A stretch of DNA of 64,000 nt. It comes from Tubulanus polymorphus (taxonomy: Eukaryota > Animalia > Nemertea). Position 1 is the first letter of the stretch. The number at the start of each line of letters is the position of its first letter. The translations under genes were made by a program, and so were the position numbers. Under the pieces are notes generated by a model, which saw only the letters and a program-made list of their open reading frames with translations, had not been told where the DNA came from and searched no databases. The stretch spans positions 5,232,231 to 5,296,230 of the forward strand of contig NC_134033.1 in the NCBI RefSeq assembly GCF_964204645.1. Reading direction: 5' to 3'. Shown piece after piece: positions 1 through 13,198 of this stretch.

Positions 1-1189
1 AATAACTAATACTCGAATAAAAACCTCGAAAATGTTTTTAATGAAAAAAAACTCTATTGATGCGAATTATTTACTAGAAAAAAACCTCGAAAATGTTGTT
101 TATTTCCTCGGAAATAACTTAAAACGGGAAAAAACCTAGATCATTTCGAGTTACAAACTCGGTATTAAACTCAGAGTCATTCCTTTTAACGATAATCGTC
201 CACGGGACGCTTCTGTACGCACGTATTACCGACGAACGAGGCAATAAAAAGTTCAACTCGATGATTTATACACCTGTCGAATTCTCGAAATCTTTGCGCG
301 AAATACCCCTCGATTCTCTAATCGATCTACGTCGGCATTTTGCTTAAGTTCGTGGGAACGTTTCGCATTAGAAAAAAACCCTCTCATTAATTACGAAAGT
401 GCCAATTTCGCCGATATGTTCTAAACAACGCTGTACATAATAGACCCCTATTAAGCATTTATAGAATTTTTATTTTTGTGAAAGTCTTTGTCGAATTACT
501 TGCAGAAGTACAGCGCATCGACGCGCGATCGAGATCACTGGGTTATTGATGACACCGCGGGTCACAAGGATCGAGAAGTTTGTTTTAAAAAAAAGTGAAT
601 TCTGGCTTGTAATGAAAACGCATTAATCATGTGACAAAGTGCACTTAATGGAAGAATGGGAGCCGATAGAGATAGTATATATCTATTTCTTTACGCTCGA
701 GAATTCGTTTCAATCGTTTGAATTCTAATTCTAAATGTAAATGCTGTTCGTCATTAAGGGCAAGAGGGCTTATAAACCAAATCGGTCGGACCAGATATCA
801 AGAACAAGTACGATCCTAAAGAAATATGCCTCATTTTATCTAAAGATCACAAGAATTTAAGAATCGTATTTAAGATATATATTTTCACGATCAACTGTGA
901 AATATGTAACAATTTCTTATGAATCACGTTTCGTTTGTGTTATCGTGACTGGAAACCTATTCTATATAGTCTTGAAGGTGCTAACAATTATGTTGCATTT
1001 TTGGTCGATGTTCTAGCAATTTATTTAGAAAAAAATGACGTGTTATTTCAAACGACGTGTGAAATTAACATATTCGAACTACATTGTTCATTTCAATTAA
1101 AATCGCCTGACGTGTGATTTTTCCCATTAAAATGTCCCAAGTCCTTAACACACGTACGTACGTGGACCTTAGACATTGAACATTATTGT

Positions 1190-1970
1190 GATGAAATGCG
1201 TTTTGCTTGTGTACTGATAAAATGTCTAATATCTGGTGTTTTTGGTTTATTTTCAATTTACAAATGTCTCGGGTGAAGTAGTGAACACATGTGAAGTGTG
1301 GATGATCAGTTTTTGAAAGTGTGCTGATAAAATGTCTAATATCTGGTGTTTGTAGTTCATTTTCAATTAAAAATGTCTCTGGTGAAGAACTGAACACATG
1401 TGAAGTGTGGACGATCAGTTTTTGAAAGTGTGCTGATAAAATGTCTAATAACTGGTGTTTGTAGTTCATTTTCAATTATAAATGTCTCAGGTGAAGTTCT
1501 GAACACATGTGAAGTGTGGACGATCAGTTTTTGAAAGTGTGCTGATAAAATGTCTAATGTCTGGTGTTTGTAGTTCATATTCAATTAAAATTGTCTCAGG
1601 TGAAGTACTGAACACATGTGAAGTGTGGACGATCAGTTTTTGAAATTGTGTTGGTAAAATGCCTATGAATGTAAAGTGTATTTAATTCCTTTTCAATTGA
1701 AAATGTGTCGAGTGAACTTCTAAATACTTCAAGTGTGGACGATCAGTTTTAGTTGAAAAAGCGGCGAAAGAATAATTTAAATGTGTGTAATTACGTGTAT
1801 ATTTTGAAATGAATTAACATATCTAATGTAAAGTCCTGATTGCACGGTGTTGACGATACGTTTTTGAAAGTGTGATGATATAATTTCCAGTGTTCGTAGT
1901 TAATTTTCAATAATATTTAAAATGTCAAAATATTGTGAAGTCCTGAACAGACGTGTACTAGTGGACAATC
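1190..1970. repeat. ~109-bp tandem satellite, about 6-7 units, degenerating at the edges
   Basis: The motif ctgataaaatgtctaat recurs at 1214, 1324, 1433 and 1542. The same family recurs at 48790-49540. Confidence 0.9.
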
Positions 1971-3851
1971 ACTTTCCAAAATCTAGTGACTAAAATCTTT
2001 TATGTCTGGAATTTGTAGTTTGTTTATTAGTTCATTTTCGTTCGGAAAAAATACTACGAGACATTTCTCGAAATTATGTTTAAGTTACGATACCTTTTGT
2101 CGACTTCCTCGTTCATTCGTTTCGAGTCGTTCTCATATTTCGGAAATTCCGTGTGAAAAAAATCTATTCGTTCATCGACAGACGAGGTGCGTAAGATATA
2201 CAACATAAACAAGCTACGTAGGCAACTGCGAGCGGTAGCGACAATTTCACTTGCAGTTTTGTTCGCATTGCATTCACGCACACTACGCGCCGACAATCAC
2301 CGCATTGAAGCCGAACACCGAAGTCAAAAAAGCATTTTCGTGTATTAGGCTCGATCAGTCATCGCCGCACGCGAAGACAAGGGCACAATAGACCCAGACG
2401 ACAAGCGCGCTCGTACGGGCAATAATGAACGCGCGAAAATGTACCCGTTAAAACATTTATTCAATCATAAAGCCAGTTTTCGCGAACGAATCGATGAAAG
2501 GAGTTATTGAAAAAAGACACGCAACTAAGTTCGGTTTGTGTACTGAATGCGTATACATAAGATTAGCCTATATAAGTCGCTCAAACCAAGACGGAGATAG
2601 CTACCGTGTGTATACATACACGGTGTATAGCTTTTTTTCTTTAAAAATGCAGTTCGCAAAATATCAAACAACACGTCAATTTATTTTTATTAGCTTTCAT
2701 TCTTCGACTAATTTTAGGGGACAGATTCCCTTTCGTCGCACGTTGAAAACCGGTTTGTCGGGATTAGCAAAAGCTGATCAGGTATCGTCGTGCTAGTAAA
2801 ATGCTACCGCGATAGGCGGATTCATAAAACCAAGGTCTCTGGTCTTTCATTCGTAAATTTCTGAGATAGCCCGTAGTTAAAACGATGATAATTTGTTTTC
2901 AGTCAGCATATGGGGGAACAAGAAATCCCCGAAAAACCAAGGAGCGCTCCTAATACAACTATACCGGCATAGAAGAAGAATGAAGTTCAAGTGCGCCTCT
3001 TAAAAAAATAATAATATTCATCGGCTCAACGTCCCATAGTTTAATGTTGACAATAAGTATACTTCTCTTCAAAAATAACAACCGGCCTTTAAATATGCTT
3101 AGTTACCGAGAATAAGTACATTGATGGATATTTGATATTGAATCACTGTCAATGTTAATGTTTCACTGATTTCAAATTTTCTGATCAGAAAACTAAATTC
3201 CATGCCTGGTTTAATTAGGCCTATTGCAGATATACATTTTCCGGGACGAATATTTTTCTATTACGATTCATTATCTTTGAATGTATTGAAATGGCCTCAG
3301 ACGACATTACGATTTCGAAATGAAAGCTCGTAACCCAAAATCGCTGTCCTGGACCGGATAAGAATATCCCGAAAATCGGATAAGAGAGTCTATATATAAT
3401 ACAGCACTTCCAATATTCAACGCCCCTGGTGAATATATGGCCATGAAACTCAAAACAATTATAGAACGTTGTTGTGAGCTACAATTTTGCAATTAATTGT
3501 GGTTACTAGTAAACCTAATATGGAAATGATGATTTTTACTGCAATCAATTCAATATCATGCAGTGACATTGAAACTCAGCACAACCAAAGAACATGCCAT
3601 GAGCTACAACTTAGCAATTGATTGTGCTTACAATATACGCTTACAATATATGCATCAAGCATGGAATTTAATTTTCTGATCCGACAAAAGAATTCAATAG
3701 TGGACGCGAACGATCCTCTCGTATGAACTAGAACTAGGACGTCAAATTGAATGATAAGCGAGAAGCAAGTAAGTAGTTATCAATTCTTCAGGCGAATTCT
3801 ATTAACGAGAATTTTGCCTATTTATTGATCACAGAGAGAATATCAATACGT

Positions 3852-4361
3852 TTATCCACATGTCAGAGGATTGTAGCAATTTGGTTCCTGTGTGCCTCCT
3901 AGAATGGAATAAATAAACATGAACAAACAGATCTTAATAGCGTAATGCGGAATGACTGTCAATTACCGTTTCCATTTCCATTACCGCCGCCATTTCCACC
4001 GCCGTTTCCACCGCCGTTTCCACCGCCGTTTCCACCGCCGTTTCCACCGCCGTTTCCACCACCGTTTCCACCACCGTTTCCATTGCCATTGCCTTGACGA
4101 ACATGACGTGAATCTGGAAAATGTTGGTGGTATCATAATCAAGTCAGTTCAGCTTTATTTGACCGCATATTTAAATGATGACCTTGACGCAGCGATGCTG
4201 CGATTGAAGATAGGTAATTTAGAATCAAAATCTAAGATTTCATAGCGCAGATCCTCGGCCAGCTCGATCTGTTTTAGCAACTTACGCGCGGCATCTTCGG
4301 AGTTTACAGTCGAAGCAACCAGCACTACCAGAGCAAAGAAGAGTAGCTGTTTGGAAAACAT
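3852..4361 (-). CDS. Secreted Gly/Asn-rich peptide precursor, copy 1 (89 aa): MFSKQLLFFALVVLVASTVNSEDAAHSRHVR|QGNGNG(NGGG)8NGNGNGGTQEPNCYNPLTCG*
   Basis: Coding exons 4361-4286, 4113-3967 and 3898-3852, joined by two phase-1 GT-AG introns; 270 nt stays in frame. Hydrophobic signal peptide. AATAAA on the minus strand at 3826-3821. A non-coding exon 1 ends at a donor at ~5698. Synonymous differences from the paralogs (CTG/TTG, CCA/CCC, CGT/CGA). Confidence 0.85.
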
Positions 4362-4639
4362 CTGAAAGTGATAAATAGTGTACTTTAAAAACAAGTTCTA
4401 TGATGCCCAGTGATACTCATGGACATGTTATTCAATAATGAGTTTCGAAGGTTTAGATAGATAGATATTTATTTTTCGTAAACTGCACATACAACATAAT
4501 TGTATGATTTTTATTTTTTTCTCATAAATACATGATGTTTTCAGGGATACAGTGCGAGCCGAAAGGCTGTACTTAAAAATTAAGGCACTGAAACCCTATG
4601 CATAGTGCATTATTGGTGCAATTGTGTACAAAAGAGATA

Positions 4640-4650
4640 TAGTAATAATG

Positions 4651-4683
<33 letters not shown>

Positions 4684-4875
4684 GTAGTAGTAATAATAAT
4701 GATGATAACAATAATACTAATAATAATAATAATGATAATAATATTAATAGTAATAATAGTAATGATAACATTAATGATAAGAATTACTACACGAATAATA
4801 ATAATCATAAAAATCATAGTACAAATTATAGTAACAGTATTCATGACAATCATAACAGTAATAATGAATTATAAT
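4640..4875. repeat. Degenerate (AAT)n microsatellite in intron 1 of peptide copy 1
   Basis: Direct inspection. It generates the spurious poly-N and poly-I ORFs. Confidence 0.95.
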
Positions 4876-5697
4876 ACAAGAAAAAATAAATTCAATAAAT
4901 TCACGGTTAGAGGCAACGGTTAATGTTAAAATTCTTTACAGTGATCTTATAAACGAACTTAATTTCAATAACTATGAGCAGATAATTTAAACCTTGAAAC
5001 AAGAGAACAGATACTAGGCGCTTTACGAAGATGATCAGGAGTATTTTGCCATATGATAGGTACTTGAGCCAAGAAAGAATTATGAAAAAGTTTAGCGGTA
5101 TGCTGTTGAAATGAGTTTCGAAGGTTTTATATGCGTCTATCGAGCCTCTGTCAAGCTATATATTTTCTGAAAGTACTAAGAGTTACTTAAAAGGTTACGT
5201 TAACTGCTACCAGGGTTGCTACTATTTTTTATTATGAATGTCATCTCGCTCTGAGTGGTCACAAAAATCGAGTTAAAGAATAAGCCCCAGATTAGCTTAA
5301 CCACGTACATCGAACGCGTCTCATGGCAGGATACACGTGTCCAGTTAATGTACATTGTTGGGTTAAATTGCCTAATTCTCGATTGAGGACGACGGTAATC
5401 GTCCAGCAAGTCCTTAGAAAAACGGCAATGCCATTGGGAAAAGGTCTGACGATGGATACTGATTTTGGCTGTGTACCTTGCATTGGTAAAACACATTGGA
5501 ATGCTATAACTATTTTGCATATCTTAGAATTGATGTCTTCAGTTCAGTACCTTATTGTTCGGCCTACTCATGTTAAATATCAGAAGTGTCTAAATTATAA
5601 TCGCCTAAAACGGTGGTTTGAATCACATCACGGTCTTAAGCAAAACGTCACCAAAATCCATAAACATTCTATATCTGCCCTTTTCAAGAGTTCCTAC

Positions 5698-5830
5698 CTT
5701 GATTGCCGCTGTTTAATTCAGGAATGTAATCAACGTATCCTGTCCATTCTGATGTATTAGTCCCTTATATGAAATTTAGTGGGATTCATCGTCACATACT
5801 GGTGCATGTTCTTCTTATCGGCAAACGTCG
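5698..5830 (-). promoter_or_regulatory. Promoter and non-coding exon 1 of peptide copy 1
   Basis: On the minus strand: GATAAG, TGACG, TATA-like CATATAAG (~5771-5764), then a short exon ending AAG|gtagg. The block is conserved in the paralogs. Confidence 0.65.
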
Positions 5831-8727
5831 ACTTTTCTCCTTTTTATCTACGAATGTCAATCACCAGAATACGATACAGCACAAAATGTGGATGAACGTA
5901 TAGATAAAGTCAAGACGAGTATCGAAGATTGAGTGATGACGGCAATAATGCTTGCGTGGGTGAATCGAAAATGAGTTGTTAATAATTTACCAGGTCGTAT
6001 TGTGAGCGGACGCCGTACAAGGTCAAAACTCATCAAATACAATCCCCGATCATCAAAATGTCCCATGCATTAAACTATATTTACTGATATCCAGTAATGC
6101 CTTGATACTTTTTTTCCGTCAGATGCACGTTTCAGACACTTTTTTCCAATCTTGTTAATTGATAGCAGCTAAAAAGAACTGAATTTTCTGGTGAAGTGAA
6201 TTCAAATTATCGGGCACAAAAGGAAAATCAAATTTTTACCAAATCAATCGAAAATTGAGACGAATTTTACAAAAATGTTATGAAATATCGTCGTGAAACC
6301 ATAACGGACGACTAGTAAAGGAAATGGGACCGTACTTCAAGTAATTACAATGGCCAAAATCTAAGCGAACTTTTACAAAATACGTCAAGTAATAAAATGA
6401 TGAAAACGCTAAGTCTTTCCATTGTTTTAATGTCGAACAGTCCAAACAAATGCTCTTTAAATGATGATCCATAGGGGAATCAAAACCACGACAAAGGTCA
6501 TGGTAATTGGAAAGAATGAAGGACCGAGCTGATTGTATAGGAGACGAAAACAAAGTCACCGAAGTTTTAGAATCGTATAAAGATGGGTAATTATCCCGCG
6601 TCCATTAAAGAATGACAATAATAAAGACCCGGATATTCGGCAGAGGTAGGGCTAAATTCGAACATACGATCTGTTGCGAATACGTTATATAATCAAGGTT
6701 TCCTTCAATGTTTTTCAATTGTACATGTGTCAGGCTGTACACATGTACTAGGTAAATAAATCAGATATCAAAACAGAACCTTGTGGTACACCGCATTTAA
6801 GTTTGACTCTTTATCATCTTTCCATTTAGACTATTATTTTGACTAATTTATCACCTAGATAATCGTGAAACCAATATCTATACGCTATGATTCTCTGATT
6901 GTAATGAAGATAAAAATTTACATTAAAATTACCCTTAACCCTTTCTACAGCTAGATCGCAATCAAGATGGCCGACTTGAGTCCAGTTCGGCAAAATCAGC
7001 ATTTAGTTTTTGAATGCAAAATGTTGAAGACGCTCCGATCGATTGTTTCAACCAATCAATCCGACAATTGCCAAATTGTAGCTCATGATATCTAACACTT
7101 CATCGTTATCCAATTTTGACTAAATGTAATACACAGAGTATATCGTGAAGCACATTAATCTCTATATCTTATATAGGTGTTGGTTAGTAGATGGCGCTCC
7201 TACAAAAACCGTCGTTAATTCACTGATTTAAGATTGATTTCGTCCAAATCTAAATACGACATTTCAACCAACTTCTCAGAAAACCCGTTATCGCTGCTTT
7301 GAAGCTATATTTGTAGATTTGTATTTGTATCAAAAATTCTCATGAGTTCATCTCAGGGTGAGGTTGTAGGACGTGAATTAAACTTGTGGTTATTTGACTG
7401 AATTTCCACAGCAGATTTTGGTGCAGAAATATTCACGAATTTCTCATCCAAGTAAAAGTAATGTAAAAATTAAAGACAAAGTTAAAGACATGTTACAAAC
7501 ATGTGACTGAGTGAAGATGTCCAACAAAAAGTCTTTATATACCGGTGATATTGGTTATATTGCAGGAATAGTAGCTGGATGTGTGAACATTGGAAATACG
7601 AGTGAAACAGTAACAAACATCATTGTTGTGCGTTTTGATTTTATACTCCTATGATCAGACGAAACCATTTTTGAACCACTAAATAAGTTTCTAAAATAAA
7701 TCCACTAATATGGCGGAACTTATTTGACAAAGGAGCCAGGAACAGCAAGGGCCACGAGTGCGAAGCTCTCTGCGGAAGGTTTGGGGGTCCTCCCTCCAGA
7801 ACATTGGATGCGTTTTAGAGACGTCGTAATCTGATAAATTTTCTTTGACAAAACTATTATGGAACTCGGGATCTTTTTGGGAGGTGCATTCGCACCCAAC
7901 GCACCCCCTAATTACTAAAGTTCTAATTACAACTTTCCAATGTGGTAAATATACGTATATAAAATTTGTTCTTTTACAAGACCTTCTTTTATGTGAACGG
8001 ATTCCATATCTGAGCATTTTTCGGAATTATCTTTTTCGCCTTTCATTAACAGTTTGCGATGGCTAATGACATAGATTATTTGAAACTAGACTGCTTGTAG
8101 CATACCACATTGCACAGCAGTATTCAACCTCGCTTGCCAGGCAGTGATTGATTGCTCCAACCAACAGATATCCTCATGCCAACACATATCCTGGCCGAAA
8201 TTCCTTCATCGTCAACGACACCGCCCAAGATTTCTTCTGCTCAGCGGCTACCAGTCTTTTTTATCTAGCCATGACGCACCTGATTTGATTTACACAAATA
8301 TTAGTTGACGAAAAGCGGCAACCGTTATTACCACCGTTTCCATTGCCTTGCAACATTGCAACATAAGTAGTCACCAAACCTCAGCCTTACTTAACTGATG
8401 TAGTATAATATGTAATGTTGATATATGCAAATATATGGTGTAAGAAGTTGGGTCCCTTTAGGAGGGTCACTTTGTGGACCACCGGCACCAACACTGTCCC
8501 CTGAGAATGAGCCGCCTTAATTAAGGGGCTATAATGAATAGACATTTAAATGATTGAATAACCCAGCTAAAATGCACCTGAAATAAAGCGTTATCCTTCC
8601 TCTCATCTGAACTAGAATTTCGAATTTTGAATAATAGGCAAACAACAACCAGTATTTACTTCTTCAGAAGAATTTTATTGACGGGAATCTTGCATAATAT
8701 TTGACGAAAGATACTCGAACAATATGT

Positions 8728-9249
8728 TTATCCACATGTCAAAGGATTGTAGCAACCGGGTTCCTTTGTGCTTCCTACAAATACAAACTTGAGGTGTGAA
8801 AAAATTTCAAACAGATTTGAATTACGTAATGCGGTGTGACTGTAAATTTCCATTACCACCGCCATTTCCGTTGCCGCCGCCATTTCCGTTGTTTCCGCCA
8901 TTTCCGTTGTTTCCGCCATTTCCGTTGTTTCCGCCATTTCCGTTATTACCACCGTTTCCATTGCCTTGGCGCACTTGTCGTGAATCTAGAAAATGTTAGT
9001 GGTATATTATTCAAATCTTATATGACACCTTATTATAACATTGACCTCATATTCAAAATGTTAAGTACAAGATGTACAAGATGGTTGCTGCGATTCAAGA
9101 TATTCAACTCAATGTCAAATTTTATTCTCAAATTGTTTAGCGCACATCTACAGGCTACTTGATCTGTACTTACGCGCAGCTTCTTCGGAGTATACAGCCG
9201 AAGCAACCAGCATTACGAGAGCAAAGAAGAGAAGCTGTTTGGAAAACAT
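8728..9249 (-). CDS. Secreted Gly/Asn-rich peptide precursor, copy 2 (83 aa): MFSKQLLFFALVMLVASAVYSEEAAHSRQVR|QGNGNGG(NNGNGG)4GNGNGGGSTKEPGCYNPLTCG*
   Basis: Exons 9249-9174, 8985-8857 and 8774-8728, with GT-AG phase-1 introns at the same positions as in copy 1. AATAAA lies downstream at ~8679-8674. Confidence 0.87.
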
Positions 9250-9664
9250 CTGAAGTTGATACAAATATTTTTTACAATATAATGATATTATATAATTACA
9301 AAAGATATTTACTGGGGACATTTCATCGGTCAACAAATTGCGAACAGTGCGGCTATGAGACGCAAGACAGATCTGACGGATGCTAACTATGGACATTGCA
9401 ACGATCTTGCAAACTCAATGGAAATGATATTAGTGTTTTGCATATTTCATGTGATGTTTTGATATATTTCAGCAATATATTTCCCCTTTGTATTCACTCG
9501 CACTGCTTAGACAATTATTAATTCAGTCTAGACATAACGTTAACCAAAGACGGTGGTTTAGATGACCGGTACTTCAAAGACAAAATCTTCTAAAATCCGT
9601 AGAAAATGATTTTTGATCCACCCTTAAATTTTCCTGATTACTTGTCACTTCTGAGAGTTCTTAC

Positions 9665-9800
9665 CTTGAATGGAGCAGTTCAGGAGTGTACTCGTATCCT
9701 GTCTGGTCTGATTTACCCGTGTCTTATATACAATTTTGTTGGATTCATCGTCACATACTGGTGCATGTTCTTCTTATCGGCAAACGATGACTTTTTCTTT
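9665..9800 (-). promoter_or_regulatory. Promoter and non-coding exon 1 of copy 2 (identical at +5010 and +10020; paralogous at ~24570-24710 and ~30141-30280)
   Basis: On the minus strand: GATAAG at 9778-9773, TGACG at 9753-9749, TATATAAG at 9730-9723, and a donor CAAG|gtaaga at 9665/9664. Confidence 0.7.
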
Positions 9801-10039
9801 TTTAATCATGTTTATGAATCATCAATAGTCTAAAGAGATATACGCAGAGACAACGTCAAGATGAGGAGATTGGTAAACAAAGGCAAATACTAAATGCTAG
9901 TTTGGATGTACTGATGAAAATAATCTTGGTCATATCATGAACGAGGGTACCCCACAAGCTCGGAAAGCTTCAAAATCTACCAAATTATACGCTAATTTCC
10001 AGTTTAGCCTTTCTACTATATACATCATCTATATACGTT

Positions 10040-11200
10040 GTATCGCATCATGTCCAGCGTAAAGAGGTTTTCCATAGAGTTCTGCCAATTTTGTATATAT
10101 CTTTTTAGATGGATTAGACAAGTCATGTTCATTGAAGGGGTTTTCAACTACCCGACGATAAATTCTTCGAATCTCGAACTAAGACGCAAAATGGGACCCT
10201 GTGTTAGTGAACGACAGTACTCTGGTACTACGACCCGTGGGTTGTTGGTAAAAGACAATGTAACAAGACCTGGTTTCTGTGTACTGACTGACTGAGAACA
10301 TTCATTCGGGAGCTCATACAAGTACGAAAAAGAGGATTACTTTGACATTTGAACGGTTTTGAATTTGAACAGTTTTGGTTGATTTGGTGCTATTATATGA
10401 TAGCCTAGTACTGTAATATGAGTCTATTTACAATTCCCGACACCTGGTACTCTCCTTGATGACTATGAACAACACATATAGCTCGATGCGCAAACGTAGC
10501 TCGATAGATTCTGAGTGACATGATCAAATTCGAACCTCTAGCTGCTAGACTAAATGCTAAATTCTAAACAAATTGAAGTCTATGAAGCTTTATTTTTCAG
10601 ATATTTTTCTTCTTCATATAGTACTCGGAGTTACGGATTTTCTTCGGGATATATCTTTTTCTTATAATTGCGACGAGGCAAAAAGGATGAAAAATAATGT
10701 TCTTATAGTTTACGAGTTTTGCGGGATCCAGAGGTGGATCCGAACTCAAAGCAATTAAAAAAGGCATCGAAGTAATCATTAGTCCTTGGCCGGCAGATGC
10801 AAGTTGACATTGGCCCGGCTCATATTCGTCGACGCCATGAGGCGTTAACAACGGGAAGTTTTCGACAGGTACGATTTGTCATTACTGGACCCCCAACAAG
10901 AACAGGATAGGTATAATCACCAATGAAAGCACACAGGTCGATTCCATGCTCGTTTACCATACCCGTGATAATGTGGTGTTGCCCTGATGAATTCTGCCAA
11001 TCAGCATCCTAGTTGAGTTCATGATTCACGAGGATCCAATTAGACTTACGTACTGACGGTCTGAGAACGTACTGACTGTCGAGGTGTTACCCGTGCTTCC
11101 CGCGTATTGGAAAATTAATCTTACATGGAATAGTTCTTTATTACGGCTGTCAATTTTCAGATGTCATTTTGTCAGCAAATGACAAATCAATCCTCTGAAA
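10040..11200 (-). pseudogene. Decayed, unidentified protein-coding sequence upstream of the peptide gene (also at +5010, +10020, 24940-26050, and a diverged fragment at ~30650-30870)
   Basis: Long, stop-interrupted frame (...EPGQCQLASAGQGLMITSMPFLIAL...NLAF[RS]L[VA]AR.SNL...TFAHRAICVVHSHQGEYQV...). The 30.7-kb copy keeps NLAFRLIAETSN with third-position changes (CTC/CTA, TCC/TCG). Confidence 0.45.
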
Positions 11201-11666
11201 CATAACATAAACGTCCGCGTTTTTGTGTTGATATTGTCGTCATCATTTATGTATTTATTACAAACACAACCGTTTTTAATATTGTTTACAGCAAATTTAA
11301 GGAAGGTTCCAGAAATCTAGCGCAATTAAGGCCTACTACGGTTTTGTGCAAGTTTATTATTGTGTAAAACATAAATATAATTGAACTAAATATGAATATT
11401 CGTTGTGAGAAGTTCATTGTCAATGGTGAATTATCTCATAGTAAACCACGTAAACTAGTTGGGGAATGTCTATGAGTTCTATACAGGAAAAACACGGGTA
11501 GAATAGCTTCAAATTTTAAAAGGTTCATAGGGCCACCAGACCTACGTTCATTTCCGCCCAAATTAAAAATGAACCACGTGCTATAGCAGGTGTGGGGGCA
11601 CATTTAGTACCTTCATTCTACCGGCATTCCATTACTTCGTTCAAACATGAAAATTCCACGCATATC

Positions 11667-11930
11667 CATCCTGTCCCGAGAGGGATTCGAACCTAATGGC
11701 AACGAGTCTGGCACAACACCTTTAAAACACGAGTGTGCGGCTCCATGTGTGTGCAGCTTAGATGACTTAGCCAATCACATATCCCGTTTTATTTTAGCCC
11801 GGGCTTTTCCATGTATAGTTTATCGGTGAAATTTACCTCAGCGATAATATAACGGTCAATCTGATTTCGCGCAGATGTTTGCGCATGAATCCTGCGGGCT
11901 TGGGCTAAAGTGTGGCAGTGTTTCTATCTC
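11667..11930. mobile_element. Partial copy of a dispersed foldback/MITE family with tRNA T-loop-like arms (also at +5010, +10020 and ~27135-27390; complete at 53711-54042)
   Basis: Shares gggattcgaacc...gcagcttagatga...ttagccaat...ttttattttagcccggg...gaaatttacctcagcgat with the 53.7-kb element. Confidence 0.65.
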
Positions 11931-13039
11931 AGGACCTAAAGACTTACCTTCCCTTTTGTATCATTTACTGTTTAGTAACGTGTGCAAACCCTTTACCAGT
12001 CATAGTTTGGTATTCACGGATTGTAACGCATTCATACGTCACATCATTCCACCGACCCATGTACGGAGTGTATACGTACGTCATTCCCAGACATGTTTAT
12101 CAACGGTACTACCTATTGTTTATGTGTGACTTAAACATCAGCGCGGGTAGTTTGACTATCCAACACTATTGTACTAAGGTGACAACATAAATATGTTGGC
12201 TGATGAGGACGACAAATCTTCAAATTGATTAAAAATAAATTGTCAGAAAGTTGTTTTCGGGACCTAACCAAAACCTTTTTCAGGACACTCATGGCTTTTC
12301 TGAAAACTATGAGTTTAGTATCACGAAAGTTTTTTAAAAAGGGAAAAATGACTTAGCAATGCAGGATAAAAGTACGCTAACAAAATTGCGGCTAGCAACT
12401 GTAAAATGGTATATAGACCAGACAAGAAGCGTGTTTGAATCGACGCGCGATAATGAACCCGTTAAAACAGTATTCAATCATAAACGTTATTCAGGACAGT
12501 TTGCTGGTTGTAACCAACTGGTAATAATTTTCTGCAAGTGCCTTGGTTTGATTCGTTTCCGTTAATTCAGTTTATTATTCTTTTTTCAATCTTTTTCCAA
12601 CTTTATGTAACGCTATTTAATGTTATCGTGTTGTTTAATATAGTGCTGTTTTCGCGGGAGGTTTTAATTCATGTCAATGTGATGATACTATGTATGGTGG
12701 AGAGGTGCAGTGGCTGGTTGCCGCTGGTCACTGGTCTCGCCGATCCATGGTTTTTGGCTTTCAAACCCTGTTGACAGAGTTGCTTGGTCGAAGGTTCTTC
12801 TCTGGTCTCTCCCCAATCGGGAAAATGCAACTTAATGTGAACTGATTCCATATCTGAGCATTTTTCGAAATTATCTTTTTTCGCCATTCATTCACAGGTC
12901 GCGATGGCTAATGGCATAGATCATTTGAAATTAGGCTGCGTGTAGGATACCACATTGCGCAGCAGTATTCAACCTCGCTTGCCAGGCAGGTGTTTGATAG
13001 CTCCGACAAACAGAAATCCTCATGCCAACACACATCCAG

Positions 13040-13198
13040 GGCAAAATTCGGTTTTTCGTATCTAGTCGACTAGTGGTCGGAACTAATAACCGAATGCGCT
13101 TGATTTTCGAACTATTTGCGGAATATAGTTTCGACTAACGGGCATTTGGTTTCGTTTAGTTCGACTATGGTCGACTAACTCAGAAACCGAAGGTGGCC
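13040..13198. mobile_element. 159-bp MITE with CWG target duplication, PIF/Harbinger-like (also at +5010 and +10020)
   Basis: cag|GGC..TTCGGTTT...AAACCGAAGGTGGCC|ctg. The paralogous empty site has a single ctg at 8191-8193. Confidence 0.7.

Noticed and set aside
3952-4245. His/Arg-rich (HRRF)n, Pro-rich (PPFPLF)n and (TTEMAE)n ORFs here and at the paralogous loci
   Set aside because: These are antisense or alternative-frame shadows of the Gly/Asn exon. Only the G/N frame links the signal peptide to the Cys ring through canonical splice sites.
4155-4285. Read-through of intron 2 in copy 1 giving RK-LLKQIELAEDLRYEILDFDSKLPIFNRSIAASRSSFKYAVK* as the mature peptide
   Set aside because: A strong C|gtaag donor is conserved in all seven copies, and the equivalent frame hits early stops or frameshifts in the other copies. 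It is best read as intron, although retention in copy 1 is not excluded.
4596-4923. Poly-Asn/poly-Ile ORFs, and likewise 35526-35976, 57910-58189, 58994-59479, 52389-52883 and 50627-50856
   Set aside because: They are translations of simple repeats and minisatellites located in introns.
7990-8330. Possible LINE reverse-transcriptase 3' remnant (minus-strand VEYCCAMWY), also 12840-13330
   Set aside because: Only one short motif resembles RT C-termini, with many stops; this is not enough to call without a search.
8728-9249. Calling the peptide CCAP, allatostatin-C or oxytocin/vasopressin
   Set aside because: The ring sequence differs from CCAP, and the Cys spacing differs from AstC and oxytocin. 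There is no neurophysin domain and no dibasic site immediately before the ring in the intact copies.
9606-9833. Plus-strand membrane-protein-like ORF (…GFIVTYWCMFFLSANDD…)
   Set aside because: It coincides with the minus-strand promoter and exon 1, and the frame is broken by indels among the paralogs.
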